A stretch of DNA of 64,000 nucleotides from Thecamonas trahens ATCC 50062 (Eukaryota; Protista; Apusomonadida): assembly GCF_000142905.1 (NCBI RefSeq), contig NW_013657658.1, forward strand, positions 186,001 through 250,000, in the 5' to 3' direction. A program made the translations under genes and the position numbers. Below the pieces are notes generated by a model. It did not search any database. It was not told the origin of the DNA and saw nothing but the letters and a program-made list of their open reading frames with translations. Positions 13,239 to 25,400 of the stretch are shown piece after piece (the stretch's first letter is position 1; each line of letters begins with the position of its first letter).

Positions 13239-16135
13239 TCCACCTCCGCCGCCGCCTCCATCGCCTCCACCGCCTCCACCACTTCCGCCGCTGCCTCCGC
13301 TCCCGCTCCCGCCACCTCGATGGGGACCGACATTCCCCGCATCGTCGCGACGGTCGCCAGCATTGTTGTTGCCGTCGCCAACTTCGTCATCGTCGTCGCC
13401 ATCGTCGCCACCGCCGCTCCTGCCGCTTGTTCCGTGCGATGACTTGCCCGAGCTTGCTGCCGACTTGGCGGCCGCGCGGGCAGAATCAAGCATGGCGCGC
13501 AGGTCAACAAGATTAGACTCGAGGTCGTGAACTGTAGCCTGGGCCGAGCTCGACTCGGTGCGTGCGGCGGTGAGATCAGCGCGCAGGGCACGAGTCTGCT
13601 CGCGAGCTGCTTCAAGCGCAGTTTGGAGTGCGTCACGCTCGTCACAGGCAAGCTGCAGGTTATGAGCCGCTTGCGAGGCAGCAGTCTCTGCGTTGGCGGC
13701 CTTCTTCTCGACCTCCAACTTGGCCGAGGCGAGGGCAGCGTTGTCCTTGCGCAGCGAGGCGACTGTGGCCTCGAGATGCGCGACGCCGGCCTCACGCTGT
13801 GAGCCGTCCCACTTGAGCGTATCGAGTGAGCGCGCAAGATCATCACGCTCGGCGGTGAGGGTCCGCAGCTGGCCGCGAAGCTCATTGGCCTGGGCAGTGA
13901 CAGTTGCCAGTTGTGCCTGGGTTCCCTCCAGGCGGACGACCTGGCCGCGAGCCTCGCGGGCGTCCACCACCGCAGCCTCAAGCTTGTCGGTCGTCTCGGC
14001 GAGCGACTTTTTGAGCAGCGTAAACTTGGACTTGTCGTCCTTGCGCTGCGAGCGCAGTAGCGAGATCTGGTGCTTGGCATCCGTGAGCTCGGCAGTCAAG
14101 TCCGCAATCTTGGCCTGCGCATCGGTGGCAAGGGTGTGGATCTTGTCGCGGGCAGCGTGCGCCTCGGCAATCTGCTTCTCGGCCAGCTCCTTGTGCATCA
14201 TCACTTGCGCATCGCGCTCGGCCTCAATAGACGCCACTGCCGCTTCAGCCTCGGCTCGGGCAATGTCAAGCGACTTGTGCACTCCCTTGAGCTTGACAAG
14301 CTCGGCCTTGACCTCGTTCGCCTCGGCAAGCTTGGCCGCAATCTCTTGCTCTGCTTCACGCAATTTGGCCCGGGCCTCGGAAAGCTCGCCCGACGTTCGG
14401 TCCAGCTCGTCCTGGGTTGCCGCGAGCTCAGCTTGAACTTGCCCGGCGTCGGCGAGATCATCCCGCACAGCGGCCAGCTGTGTCGTGAGCTGGGCAACGC
14501 TTGTCTCCAGCTCGGCAATGTGAGCGTTACAGCGCTCGTGATCAGGTGTCGCGAATGCCGACGAAATCGAGGTTGACGACGACAATGATGAGTTGGGCGT
14601 CGCGGGAGCTGCACGCGCAGCAACTAGCTCAGCCTCGAGCTGGGCAATCTTAACGCGGCAGTCCTCACAGTCGGTAGCTGAGAGGTTTGCTGAGCGCGCG
14701 GCCGCAAGCTCGGCCTTGAGACTTGCAATCTCAGGCTCGTGGGTGCAAGCGATGCGACCGGTAGCCTCGCTCAGCTTGGTCTCGAGCGCGGCCTTGGCGT
14801 TCAGCGCAGCCGCGAGCTCAGCCTTGGCAGTGCTGAGGTCGGCGTGGGCTGCTGCAATGAGGGCATCAAAGTCCGGGCCCGGAGAGAGGTTCTCCGAGGC
14901 TGAGGCTGGGACCGACTCAAGCTCCGAGGCAAGCGCAGCGTCAACGGCAGCCGTGACCGAGGCGAGCGCGTTCTCGGCGGCAGCGAGGGCTGCGCTGCCG
15001 GCCGAGGCCTCGTCGTCGGAGAACGACGGTGAGGGCGACGACGACATATGGCGGAGCGCGTCAATCTGGTCAAGCAGAGCTTGACGGTCGCGCGTAGAGG
15101 CGGCAATGGTGGCATGGGCACCATCGAGGGACGCCGTCAGAGACGAACGCTCGGCTTCTAGCGCCGCAACCAGGGTACGGAGCTCTGAGACCTCACCCGC
15201 AGCCGAGGTCTGGACGGCGCTCAGCTGCGCCTCAAGCGCCTCGTTGGCGGCGCGGAGCTCAAGGAGCGCGGACGAGAGCTCGGAGCAGCGCGCGTCGGTC
15301 GAGTCGTCGAGCACGTTGCGCGGGGAGCGGCTTCGGCCGACGAAGCCGACGACGAGACGGTGACGACCGACGAAGCCGCCGAGATGTCGAGCGACGACGA
15401 AGCCGACGAGAGATCATCTGCCGAGTCATCGGGCGCCATTGAGGCGTCGAGCAGGGCCTGCAGCTCGGAGCGGGCCTGGTCGCGCGCATCGAGGGCTCGC
15501 GACAGGCGAGCCTGCGAGGCTGCGAGCAAGGTGTCGGTGGCATGCTTGTCCGAGGCCATGGCGGCAAGCTGGGTCTGGAAGGTCACCAGCTGAGCCTCCA
15601 GCCGGGCGTTCTCCGACTCGAGCGAGGCGTTGATCGAGTCGAGGCGGGCGATAGTGGCATCGGCCGAGGTCAGCTGGTCAACGAGCGTCTCGATGGTCTT
15701 GGTGTATGTCTCCTGCTCGTCGTCAAGCAGGCGCGAGTCGCGGAGGACGGTCTCGAGCTTGTCGACGCACTCACCACGGGCCTGAAGCAGCTCCTTGGAC
15801 GGGGTAGCCGGCGGGCCCGCCCGCGGCGGGCGGGTGATGGCGTCGGCCTGTGCGCCCAGCGCGGCCGAGGCCTCGGCCAGCGAAGCCTGGAGCGCCTCCA
15901 CAAGCTGGTCCTTCTCGGCCAGCCGGGCCTCCATGAACGCCAAGTCGTCGACGAGCTTGCCGACGTCACCACGGGCGACAGCAAGCTCGTCACGCAGCGC
16001 TGCGTTGGCCGCCTGCAGTCGCGACAGCTCGTCGGCGCCAGTTTGGCGCGGAACGGCGGCGCGTTTGGCCGCCACCACGGGCGCTGTCGCCCGCAGTGGC
16101 GCGTTGCTTCGGGAGCTTGCTTGCAGCACGCGCAT
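6628..16135 (-). CDS. Giant (~3150 aa) coiled-coil protein, split by frameshifts near 15323 and 8071
   Basis: Three consecutive overlapping ORFs (304, 2424 and 479 aa) share E/A/L/K heptad composition, and one added base joins each junction (APPRNVLDDS; AARAQLEELL). Confidence 0.75.
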
Positions 16136-16465
16136 GCTCCCCTTGGGTTGGCTGTGGTGTGGCTGGGGGGTGGAAGGTGGCTGGGTCTGGGGTGGGGTGG
16201 GGGTGCGTTGAGTGGCGGTCCCTCCGTGCTCGGCGCCTTGCGGGCGCAGGCGTGGCGCGCGATGCGCGGCGAATCAATGAATCATGTCGGGCTCAAAGTT
16301 TGTGGCGCCGCTCACTGCTGAAGGCGAGGGAAATGGCAAACAAATTGTGTGTGCGTCTATGCCGGGCCTGTGCCGCAAGCAACACACGCCCCTCGACACA
16401 CCCCAGCTGCGGCCGCAGCTCTGCGTAGGCCGCGTCCTTGCCTCGTCTCACACCCCACTTCAGGC

Positions 16466-17719
16466 ATGGCTGCGTTGGCGCTCGCATGGAGCATTTCTGT
16501 GCTGAGCTCGAGCTTGGGTGGGGGCTGGGTTGGTTGCGCGGGGCGGCGCGGGCGGTGCGCGGGGCGGCCGCGCCTGGTGCCGCTGACGGTTTGGAGCGCA
16601 GTCCTGGTGGCGTGTGCGCTTGGAGCCGATGTTGGACTCCTCACCGCTGCGACGCGGACCAATGGCGACGATGACGATCGCGGCCTGGTCTGGGGTGTGG
16701 CGCTGGTGGCAGCTGCCGGTGCGGGCATGGTGCTCGAGGGCTGGTACGCCGAGTACGCGATGGTGACTCGGGCCCCCGATCTGGGCTTTCCTGCTCGAGG
16801 CACGGCGGTGACCATTGCCTGCGCTGTGGCTGGCGGAGTTGCAGCCACAGCTGGCATGGCTTTGGCAGGGCGGGTCATGGTCTTGGGGCTGCTGGTGATT
16901 GCCGATGCAGTGACAGCTGGATGTGCGGGCGTGGTGCTTGCCAAGCTGGCGCACTGGGACGCGCCTGTGCGGGTCCGGCTGTCAGACGCAGCAATCCGGG
17001 CGTCGGCTGCGCCGATGGTTGTGGACTTTGTTGCGTCCGATGCGCTGCCGGCCGGTTTTGGCAGTTTGGGCATGAGCGCGTGCCCGGGACGGTACAAGCC
17101 GCCGGGGGTGGTGCGGGACCTGGCGGTCGATGTGGCGCACCTGAGCGGCTCACTTGGCGTCGACGTGCTAGTTACGCTCGTCCCGGTTGACGAGCTGCGA
17201 CGAATGGGACTCCAGGACCTGGGAGACGTTGCACAGCGTGCAGGACTTGTATGGGAAGGCAGCGTAACGTGGCGCGACAAATGGGTCCCCACGCTTGCCG
17301 ATCTCGCGCTTGCTGCCGAGACCATCGCGGTCCATCTCGCTGCCGGCCGCCGAGTAGTCGTCCACTGCAACGGTGGCAAGGGACGAACGGGACTTGCCGT
17401 GGCCGCTACTCTCCTCACCTGCGCACGCGCAAGCGCCGACAGCGCGCTCTCCCTCGACGATGCGCTCTCCGCCATGCGCGCTGAGCGCCTCGGGATGCTT
17501 CGCAACCCTGTCCAGATTGCCGCCGTGTTGGCCTTTACCTCGCGGCTGCATGCCCTACCCACTCCCGGCCTCCACGTCCACCCACGATCTCTAACCGGCT
17601 CAGCCAGTCTCAGCTCGAGATCATCGTCGTTCAGCAGCGCAAGCTCTGCCGTTTGCCACTCGGACTCGGACTCACATGGCAGCCATGATCTCTCCACCAG
17701 CCCGAGTAGCCATCCGTAG
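16466..17719 (+). CDS. Membrane-anchored Cys-based phosphatase, CDKN3/dual-specificity-like
   Basis: ATG at 16466 and 4-5 hydrophobic segments. These are followed by LGMSACPG..RDLAVD..L..LVTLV..EL, then the catalytic loop VVVHCNGGKGRTG and MLRNPVQ. Confidence 0.8.
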   Translation: MAALALAWSISVLSSSLGGGWVGCAGRRGRCAGRPRLVPLTVWSAVLVACALGADVGLLTAATRTNGDDDDRGLVWGVALVAAAGAGMVLEGWYAEYAMVTRAPDLGFPARGTAVTIACAVAGGVAATAGMALAGRVMVLGLLVIADAVTAGCAGVVLAKLAHWDAPVRVRLSDAAIRASAAPMVVDFVASDALPAGFGSLGMSACPGRYKPPGVVRDLAVDVAHLSGSLGVDVLVTLVPVDELRRMGLQDLGDVAQRAGLVWEGSVTWRDKWVPTLADLALAAETIAVHLAAGRRVVVHCNGGKGRTGLAVAATLLTCARASADSALSLDDALSAMRAERLGMLRNPVQIAAVLAFTSRLHALPTPGLHVHPRSLTGSASLSSRSSSFSSASSAVCHSDSDSHGSHDLSTSPSSHP

Positions 17720-17782
17720 CACGTACAACCATCGCACAATCTCGAATCCGAGATGGCCGGCCGCAGCTAATTCCTTGATTTA

Positions 17783-17806
17783 CAGCAGCAGCAGCAGCAG
17801 CAGCAG

Positions 17807-17844
<38 letters not shown>
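17783..17844. repeat. (CAG)n trinucleotide tract, intergenic or UTR
   Basis: About 20 CAG units with one CAC interruption. Confidence 0.95.
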
Positions 17845-17846
<2 letters not shown>

Positions 17847-17947
17847 GTACACCTGAGTCGGCCCGAGCCACCACCGCCCACCCACCCGCACACACACCCG
17901 ACCACCCACCTCTACCCACATACGCCACTCCTCCTCAGGCGGTATCC

Positions 17948-18792
17948 ATGGCCAGTCCTGTGGACAACAGATCCGCACTCGAGCGAGTCACCCTTGTCCA
18001 CACCATCTACATTGGAGCCATCACCGTGGTCCTGGTACGCCCCTTCCCCTCCCCTTCCCTCCCCTCCCCTGTCCGTAACCTCACCCTCTCCCTCATCCTC
18101 ACCCTCTCCCTCTCCCTCTCCCACAGTTCCTCCTCTCTGTCTGCATCGTCCGCTACCGCCACATGAAGCGCATGCGTGGTCTCAAGGCTATTCCCCAGAA
18201 CAGAATACCCGTCGGCCGAGACGATGTACCCAAGGCACGCTCTCTGCCCATCCCCCCCCCCCCCCCTTTCCCCCTCCCCTCCCCCTCTACCCCTCCCTGC
18301 CTCCCTCAGACTCACCAGGACATGGATGATGACGTGTAGAAGCAGGCGGCGTTGATCGAGGCCACGACTCAACGGGCGATGAGTCTGTCTGCGCCGCCGG
18401 TGGTCCCTGCCGAGGGCTCGCTTGGCTGGGGCCAGCCGTCGTCGGACTTCGGCCAAGTGCACTTCAAGACCTCCATCGCGTCGAGCTTCCAAGTCCTTGA
18501 GGCTGCGGCCATGAATCGGTATCCGGTGCTGTATCGTGAGCCGTCGATGACTGTGGCCAACTATCTCGTATTTCTCCGTGAGGTCTGCTCCGGCCTCCAG
18601 CCGCAGCTCTGCGCCTGGTACGTGGCCACCTATGAGCGCGCCCGGTTCTCGACGGACGACTTTACCCTTGACGACTACAAGGCCTTTATGGATCGCTTTG
18701 TCGTCCTCATCCAGGCCATCGAGTCTCCACAGTTTGCCGTCAACGAATCGCTAATCCCACCAGAGCGGTTCCGCATGGCTGCAGTGTCGTGA
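17948..18792 (+). CDS. NICE-3/C1orf43-like (Dlt1-like) single-pass membrane protein; exons 17948-18034, 18127-18234, 18340-18792
   Basis: Splicing gives a TM segment (IYIGAITVVL|FLLSVCIV), then RIPVGRDDVPK, and a C-terminal YVATYERARFSTDDFTLDDY that resembles the NICE-3 YETARYG..F...EY motif. Confidence 0.65.
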
Positions 18793-18821
18793 CGAGCGGC
18801 GCGCGCACATGCTGCAATGTA

Positions 18822-21800
18822 TCAGCGCTTCTTGCCGCCGCCCTTCTTGCCGCCCTTGCCTCGGCCCTTGCCTCTGCCCTTGCCCTTGCCCTTGCCCTTG
18901 CCGCCGCCGGCAATCTGGACTTCGACGCCGCCGAGCATCGGCGGAATGAGGTCATTATCCTTCAGCGACTTGATGAGTGCAAGCTGGCCGGGCGTCTTCT
19001 TGGCGAGGCTCATAAAGTTAGCCACCGCTGCCCGCGCCGCCTTGCCCTTCTTCCCGTCGCCGGGCACAAGCTTGACCTTGTACTTGAACTTGGAGAAGGC
19101 TGACCACGGTCCGCACATGACCAGCGCGTACAGCAGCTCGTTGTCGCCGCCGGTCGAGTCCAGGTTCTCGTCACCCTCGCGTGACGCATCCATTGACGCC
19201 GGGTTGCCCACCAGCGTCTGCATGAGCGACACTGTCGACGCCACTTCGGACTCGACTTTCTTCCGCTGCTTCTCGTGGATGGCCTCGCGTTCGGCGTCGG
19301 TCATGGTCCGCCGCAGGTCCGTCACAATGGTTGCCGTCTCGTCGGCGGCAGAGCCGTCCGACCCGCTCCCGCTCTCTTCGTCGCCGTTGTTGTCGTCCCC
19401 GCCCTCGCTCGGCTCTCCGAGCGCCGCCGCAATGACATCTTCCGAGTGTCCCAGCTCGCGCATCCGCGCCCGCCGCTCCTCGTCGTCCTGGTCGGCATAC
19501 TTGGCCATCATCTTCTTGAGCTTGTTCCGCTTCCGCCGCTTGGTCCGCTCCGACACTTCGCTGGCTGCTGTCCCATCCTGGGTTCCCGAGTCGGACGCCT
19601 CGTCGCCGCGGCTGCTCTTGTTGTTGCCGCCATCACGCGCCGCTGCCGCTGCTGCCGCCCGCTTGCTTGCCGCAAGCTCCGCCCGCAGCGTCTCCAAGTC
19701 GAGCTCGCGCCCCTCTTTCCGAGCCTTGCGCAGCAGCTTGCGCTCCTTGGCGGTGATCCGCCGCTTGCCGCCCCCCTTGCCGCCTTCCGTGCCGCTCGCG
19801 GGGATCGCCGGCCCGCGACCAGCGCCGTCGGCTCCGGCCCCAGCTCCAGCTCCAGTCGGCGTCTCGTACGCCGGCGTGTCCGGAAACAGGCCATCGTCCG
19901 AGCCCTCGTCCTCCGAGTCGTCGTCCGAGTCGTCGTCCGGGTCGCCATCATCCGCGGCAGCGGCGACAGCCTCTCCAATCGCACCATCGCCTGCCCCCAG
20001 GCATGCCACCTCGCCTGCCCCCTCGCTAGCAACTTCCGCCGACGGTCCGGCACCATCAGCCACCGTCAGCGCCGCGTGGACAGGAAGCTTAGTGCGGAAC
20101 ACAATGCCGTAGCCCATGACCAGAGGGTTCGGCGGCAAAAAGTTCTTCTTGCCGCGAATCATGAACGATCCGGTCGAGAGGTACTCACCCGACGGCGCAG
20201 TCTTGGAGACCTGGTGAGCATAGACCCACCAGGCCGAAGAGACAATCTTGGCTGACCACGCAGCCGAGCGCGAGACGCACGCACACCCGGCCTCGGCCAG
20301 CGTGTTGGGCGGAATGACACCGCCGCTCGGGTTCTTGATGATGAGCGATGCCGCGCCGTGGATGTCGGCGTGGACGTATATGTCGTGCTTGTCAAGGTAC
20401 CGCTTGACGAGCAGCTCATTCTGGTGGGCGTCGCGGCCAGAGACGACCATAAACCGCTCCGACGACACAAACCAGTTGAACTTTTCAAACCACAGCGCCT
20501 TGCGGGTGGCCTGGATCTTGACCTTGGATTGGCCAACCTTGCCCTCGGCCTTGGCTGCCTTGGCACGCGCCCGCTTCTCGATGGCGTCCATGGCCTTGTC
20601 AAGCGCCGCGAGCGACTTGGCGTGCTTGGTCCGCGCCGCCTTGGCCTTGGCGTAGTACTCCTGTGCGTTGGCGTACGCCGACTCGGTAACGTCGATGTCG
20701 ACCACCCGCGTCGCGCCCTCGTCGCCCGTCGGGTCCGGCAGCTTGAGCGCAATGGCCGACGACTCGAGCTTGAGCTTGGTGATGAGGCATGCGATTGGCT
20801 CGCCACGCCGCTGCTCTTCCTTGACAATCCGCCCGAGCTCTTCCCAATCAACAGCGTTCTCCAGCGCCGACCGGATGATGAGGATGGCCTGCTCCACTTC
20901 GTCGACTGAGACCTCGATTGCCTGTGCCTTGGCTGTGCAGTCGTCGACCTTGGCCGCCAGTCCGGCCACCCGATTGAGCTGGTCCTTTCGCGCCTTGTCG
21001 ATCTTCTTCTCGGCCTTGTCACCCTTGGTCGTCTTGGTCGTCGACGCCATTGCCATCTCCTTGCACGAAAAGTATGCATCGACCGCAACATCAAACGAGG
21101 TGAACTCGATCCGCGACGCGTCCGCAAACTGCCGCCACAGATGCGGGATACAGTAGCCAGCCTTAAAGCCGGCAGGCGGAATGGCCATGCCCTCGACGTA
21201 GCTCACCACCAGCGGCGCAGCCGGATCGACTTCGTGGCCCTTCTTGGGCAGCAGAATAATGTAGCCAGGCACAACCTCGTTCGGCTCGTCTGGATCCTGC
21301 GTGTTGGAGCCCTCGACCACAAACCGCGGCGAGAGCACATCGACAATGCCGTCGGCTTCGCGACACGCCGCCGCAATCTGGGACACCCCATCGTCGGATG
21401 CCAGCACCTCTTCGGCTTCGGCCTTGCCGTCCACGCCGGCGCCGAGGAGCGCGTGCTGCGCCAGCTCCTTGCCGTACATCGACGACCGGAGCAGCAAATT
21501 GAACGGCGAGCCCGCTTCCGGCAGCAGCGCACGAATCCGCTCGTCGTCGAGCACCTCGCCCACGTTGCGGGCGCTCGCCACGTCCAGCACCTCCCGAGGC
21601 GCAATCTTGACGCCGGCCTCGGCATCCACACGCCTCCGCATCGTTGCCAGAATCACCATCTCAGAGTCCAGCAACACCACATTGCCCTGGTCATACAGCT
21701 CCACATACAGATGATGGAGTCCCTCCCGCGACGCAAACGTCAGCAGCACCACCCGGTCGATGCCCAACTGCTGAACAGCCGCCACCCGCGACTCACGCAA

Positions 21801-22307
21801 GTGCTTGCGCAGCTGCACTCATATTTCGCAAGCACCCCAATCCATTGCGTGATGCCCATCCCTCTCCGTAGTCAGTCGTGTTGCCGCCTGCACCACAGGT
21901 CGCCGTCAGCCGACCGCTGTCCGAGTCGGATCGAAGCTGCCGCCACCTTCCTACAACCGCCCCGCCCCGCCCCTACCCCCTAACCCCTTCCCCACCTTCC
22001 ATCCACCCACACACCCATCCACGCATTCTTCCTCTTCACCCTTTACTCGTCTTCGCTCCAGTCGTCCTCTACGTACCTTGGTGACAAAGCCCGAGGGCTT
22101 GGGCGGACGGGCGCGCTCATAGGTGGTCAGGTGGAGCCGGACGCCCGACTCGACCAGCAACGAGGGCTTGCGACCACGGGCTTGGAGCTTGAACAGCAGG
22201 GTCCGCCCGGTGAGGTCGTAGATGTTCTTCACTGAACACCCGATGATCTCAGGTCCAATCATCTTGAGCATCGCTGCCACATCAAGCGCCGTGAACGTGC
22301 CCTTCAT
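18822..22307 (-). CDS. NEMF: Ribosome quality control factor NEMF/Rqc2 (NFACT family); exon 1 22307-22077, intron 22076-21813
   Basis: MKGTFTALDV..NIYD..ESGVRLH..PSGFVTK|LRKHLR..QLGIDR..ELYDQGNVVLLD. NFACT-R motifs WFEKFNWF..GRDAHQNELLVKRY..YVHADIHGA and SKTAPSGEYLSTGSFMIRGKKNFL. NFACT-C motif KYKVKLVPG.GKKGKA. Confidence 0.95.
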
Positions 22308-22426
22308 CTGGCTGGGTGCGAGGGGAGAAGAGACGAGTGGTGGCCGGCTCGGCAAGGTCGCACACAGCCTGATCAACAACCGCTATCGTCGTCACCAGCA
22401 TGAAACTAGTTCACTCGCTCGGTCCT

Positions 22427-25400
22427 CTACTTGTTCTTAAAGTCGTCCACGCGCCGGCTCAGGACCCGTCGCTTCTTGGGGCCGGCCTTGAGCCGGTCGC
22501 CGACGGACTTGCGCGACTTGAGCACCTCCTCCATCTCGCGAGGTGACGCCGGCGGCTTGTTGCCGCCGATGGTGAGCTTGAGCTCGATAGCCTTCTTGGA
22601 CGCCCGACGCGCGGCCATCCGCAGCTTGTGGGCGGCCTTGCGCTTTTTGGCGGCGTCGCGCTCGCGCTGCTGCGCGTTTTGCCGCGCCGAGAGCTGCCAT
22701 TCTTGCGCAAACGAGTCGAGGATGCCAAAGAGCTCCTCCGACGGCGTCTCCTTCTCGCCGAGCTTCGCGCACAGCGCGGTGAGGCCCTTTTCTACGAGCG
22801 AGAAGAGCGGTTCGATGCGGTTGAGCTCGGTAGTAGCGCGCTCCACAAACTCGCCGAGCTTGTCCTTGAGCACGTCGGTCGCCGGCACCGTCGCCAGCTG
22901 GCTCTCCACCGCCCGCACGTCTTTGCGCAGCCGGTTGTAGTCGGCCTGGAGCACTGCCACGCCGACCTTGGATGCCTCGTTGCACCCCTCCAGCGCAGTG
23001 AGGAACGCCTTTTCCGTCCCGGGATACCGCTCTTCCACAAAAGACTGAATGTAGTGCAGCAGGTGCTGCCTCCCGTTCGCTGCCTTGGTCCCTTTCAGCT
23101 TGAGGAGCGACGCCAGCGGGAGAGCCTTGACCCACGTCTGGTTGACAAACGACGCAATGGCGAGAATGATTTCCAGCAGCTGCTCCAGTGCCTCAGACGA
23201 CCGCACAGCCTCGACCGTCCGTGCGTTGAGCTCGAGCTTCTCCGAGATCTCCTGCACCTTTTCGCCAAACTCGAGCTGGAGCTGCAGTGCTGTCAGCCGC
23301 TGGTGGACGTTGGGAATGTTGGCAACAAGAACAAAGAACTGCTCGGCCTCGCCGAGCCTGGCCAACGCCTTGGCGTCGCCCTCGTTGTCTTGCATGTAGT
23401 CGTCGAGCTCGCGCTCCTCCTCCGGCGTGATCCACGCCTTGAGCAAGTCCTTGATCCGGTCTGCTGTCAGCAGGCCGTCGTCGAGGTCCATGATCGCGTC
23501 GCGGATGGCAGGCAGCGGCGCCTTGAACGACCGCAGCAAAAGGCACACGTTGTTGCTCCTCTTGTTGGAGAGAATCGCCACACGCTTCGGCGCAGCCTTG
23601 ACCGCCGCCTTGGTCGACGGCGCCTTGGCCTGGAACAGCTCCTCCAGCACGTTGTAGTCGAGCCGGATGTTGCGCGGATTGAGCTTGGAGTAGAGCGAGT
23701 CCTCGACCTTGACTCCGCGCGCCATCCTTCCCAGGAAGAGCTTCCGCATCTTGACATGGGCCTTGCGCGGCGTGTTTGGCCGCCCACCGCCGCGTCCGAA
23801 CCCGCCCGGTGGCGGTGGCGGTGGCGGTCCTCCACCCGGCGGCGGCGGTGGCGGAGGCGGGCCACCTCCTGGCGGCGGCGGTGGCGGAGGCGGCGGAGGT
23901 GGCCCGCCGCCACCCGGAGGTAGCGGCGGGATCGCCGGCGGCGGTCCGTCTCCGACCTGCTCGCCGACCGCTGTGGGGCCGGCAGGCCCGCCACTGCCGC
24001 CTGGCCCGCGCCCGGGAAGTCTAAACGCGCGAATGACTTTGGTCATCATCACAATGCGCTTGGCAAAGCGCCAGAACCGCGGCAGCCGCTGACGGCCGTA
24101 CGTCTGCGACCGCGCGTGCTCGAGCCGCTTCTTGAGCTTGGTAATCTCAAACAACATGGCCTCGACCGATTTGGCGTACTTGCGCTTGAGCGCAGCGTAC
24201 CGCTGCCTGTGCATCGTCTCCATAGTCTGCTTCGCGGAGACCATCTGCTGCTTCAGCGACTCGTTCCGCTCCTCGAGCATTCGCATCTGGTCCGGCGCGT
24301 CAGCCTCCAGCAGCGCCACCCGGTCCTCGAGCTCGCGCCGCTTGAGGTCAAACTGCGACTTTTCACGCTCGAGATCGTCCACCGACCGCGAGTACTGCAG
24401 CGCATCAAGGAGCGAGGTGAACGACTTGCCGAGCGGCATGTCCGAGGTACCCGCCAGCGATGGCGGCATCGGCGACTCACGCCCGTCGCCGTCGGCCTCG
24501 CCGGAGGGCGGCGTGGCGCTCCCGCCCGGACCCACCACCGCAATGGTCACCTCGGGCCGTGCCGCGCTCGCCGCGCTCGCCTTGGGCCGCCCCAGCATCT
24601 CGCATGCCAGGCTATCAAAGGCCTCCGAGACACGGCCCCACATGGCGTCTCCTTTGGTCCCCGATGCAGGCATGGCCACCAGCATCTGCATGAGCTTGAC
24701 AAACGCGCCAAAGTGCGGCGTCGTCCGCAGATTGAACTTGAGCCGCTCCGCCACCTGGACTGGATCCGACAAGTCCATGTCGTTGAACTTGAGCCGCTTT
24801 GCATCGGCCTCTGCGTACTCGCGGTATGCGTCGATTTGCGTCGAGAGATCGATTGATCGCGTCGCGGATAGCTCCTCCAGGATCTCATCGAGCTTGAGCG
24901 CAGAGAGCTCGCGCCGGAGGTCAACCCGAGTGTTGATGTCGGTCGAGAGGTTGACGAGCGTGTTGATGAGGCAGAGGAGTTCGGCCTGCACCTCCTCAGC
25001 CTCGTGCCCACTTCGGTTTCCGTCCTCGCTCTCGGACGCATCATCAGAGACGGCAAACTTGAGCATCTTGACAAGCGTCGAGAACCGGACCTTTTCCTTC
25101 TTGAGCACCTTGAGCTCGTCAAAGCCGGTCCGGACTAGACCCCGGCCCTGCTCCGAGTAAATGGCGATGCCGGAGAGGAGCTGCGCCGCGCGGATGACTG
25201 CGTCGTTGTTGGTTGTGTCGAGCGAGGCCGTGATGATGTTGACGTAGTCCTGTGCCATGCCGGCCTCGACTCCGGGCATGGTATCAAAGAGCGTCGCCAG
25301 CGTCGAGAGCACTGCGCTCTCAGTGTCGATCTCGTCATCAGTCTTCTTCGACTTGGACGAGAGGTTGTGCAGCAGGTCGATGAGGGTGGTAAAGCCGAGC

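Noticed and set aside
18337-18339. In-frame TAG as stop-codon readthrough or reassignment
   Set aside because: It is better explained as the splice acceptor, and TAG terminates other genes in this window normally.
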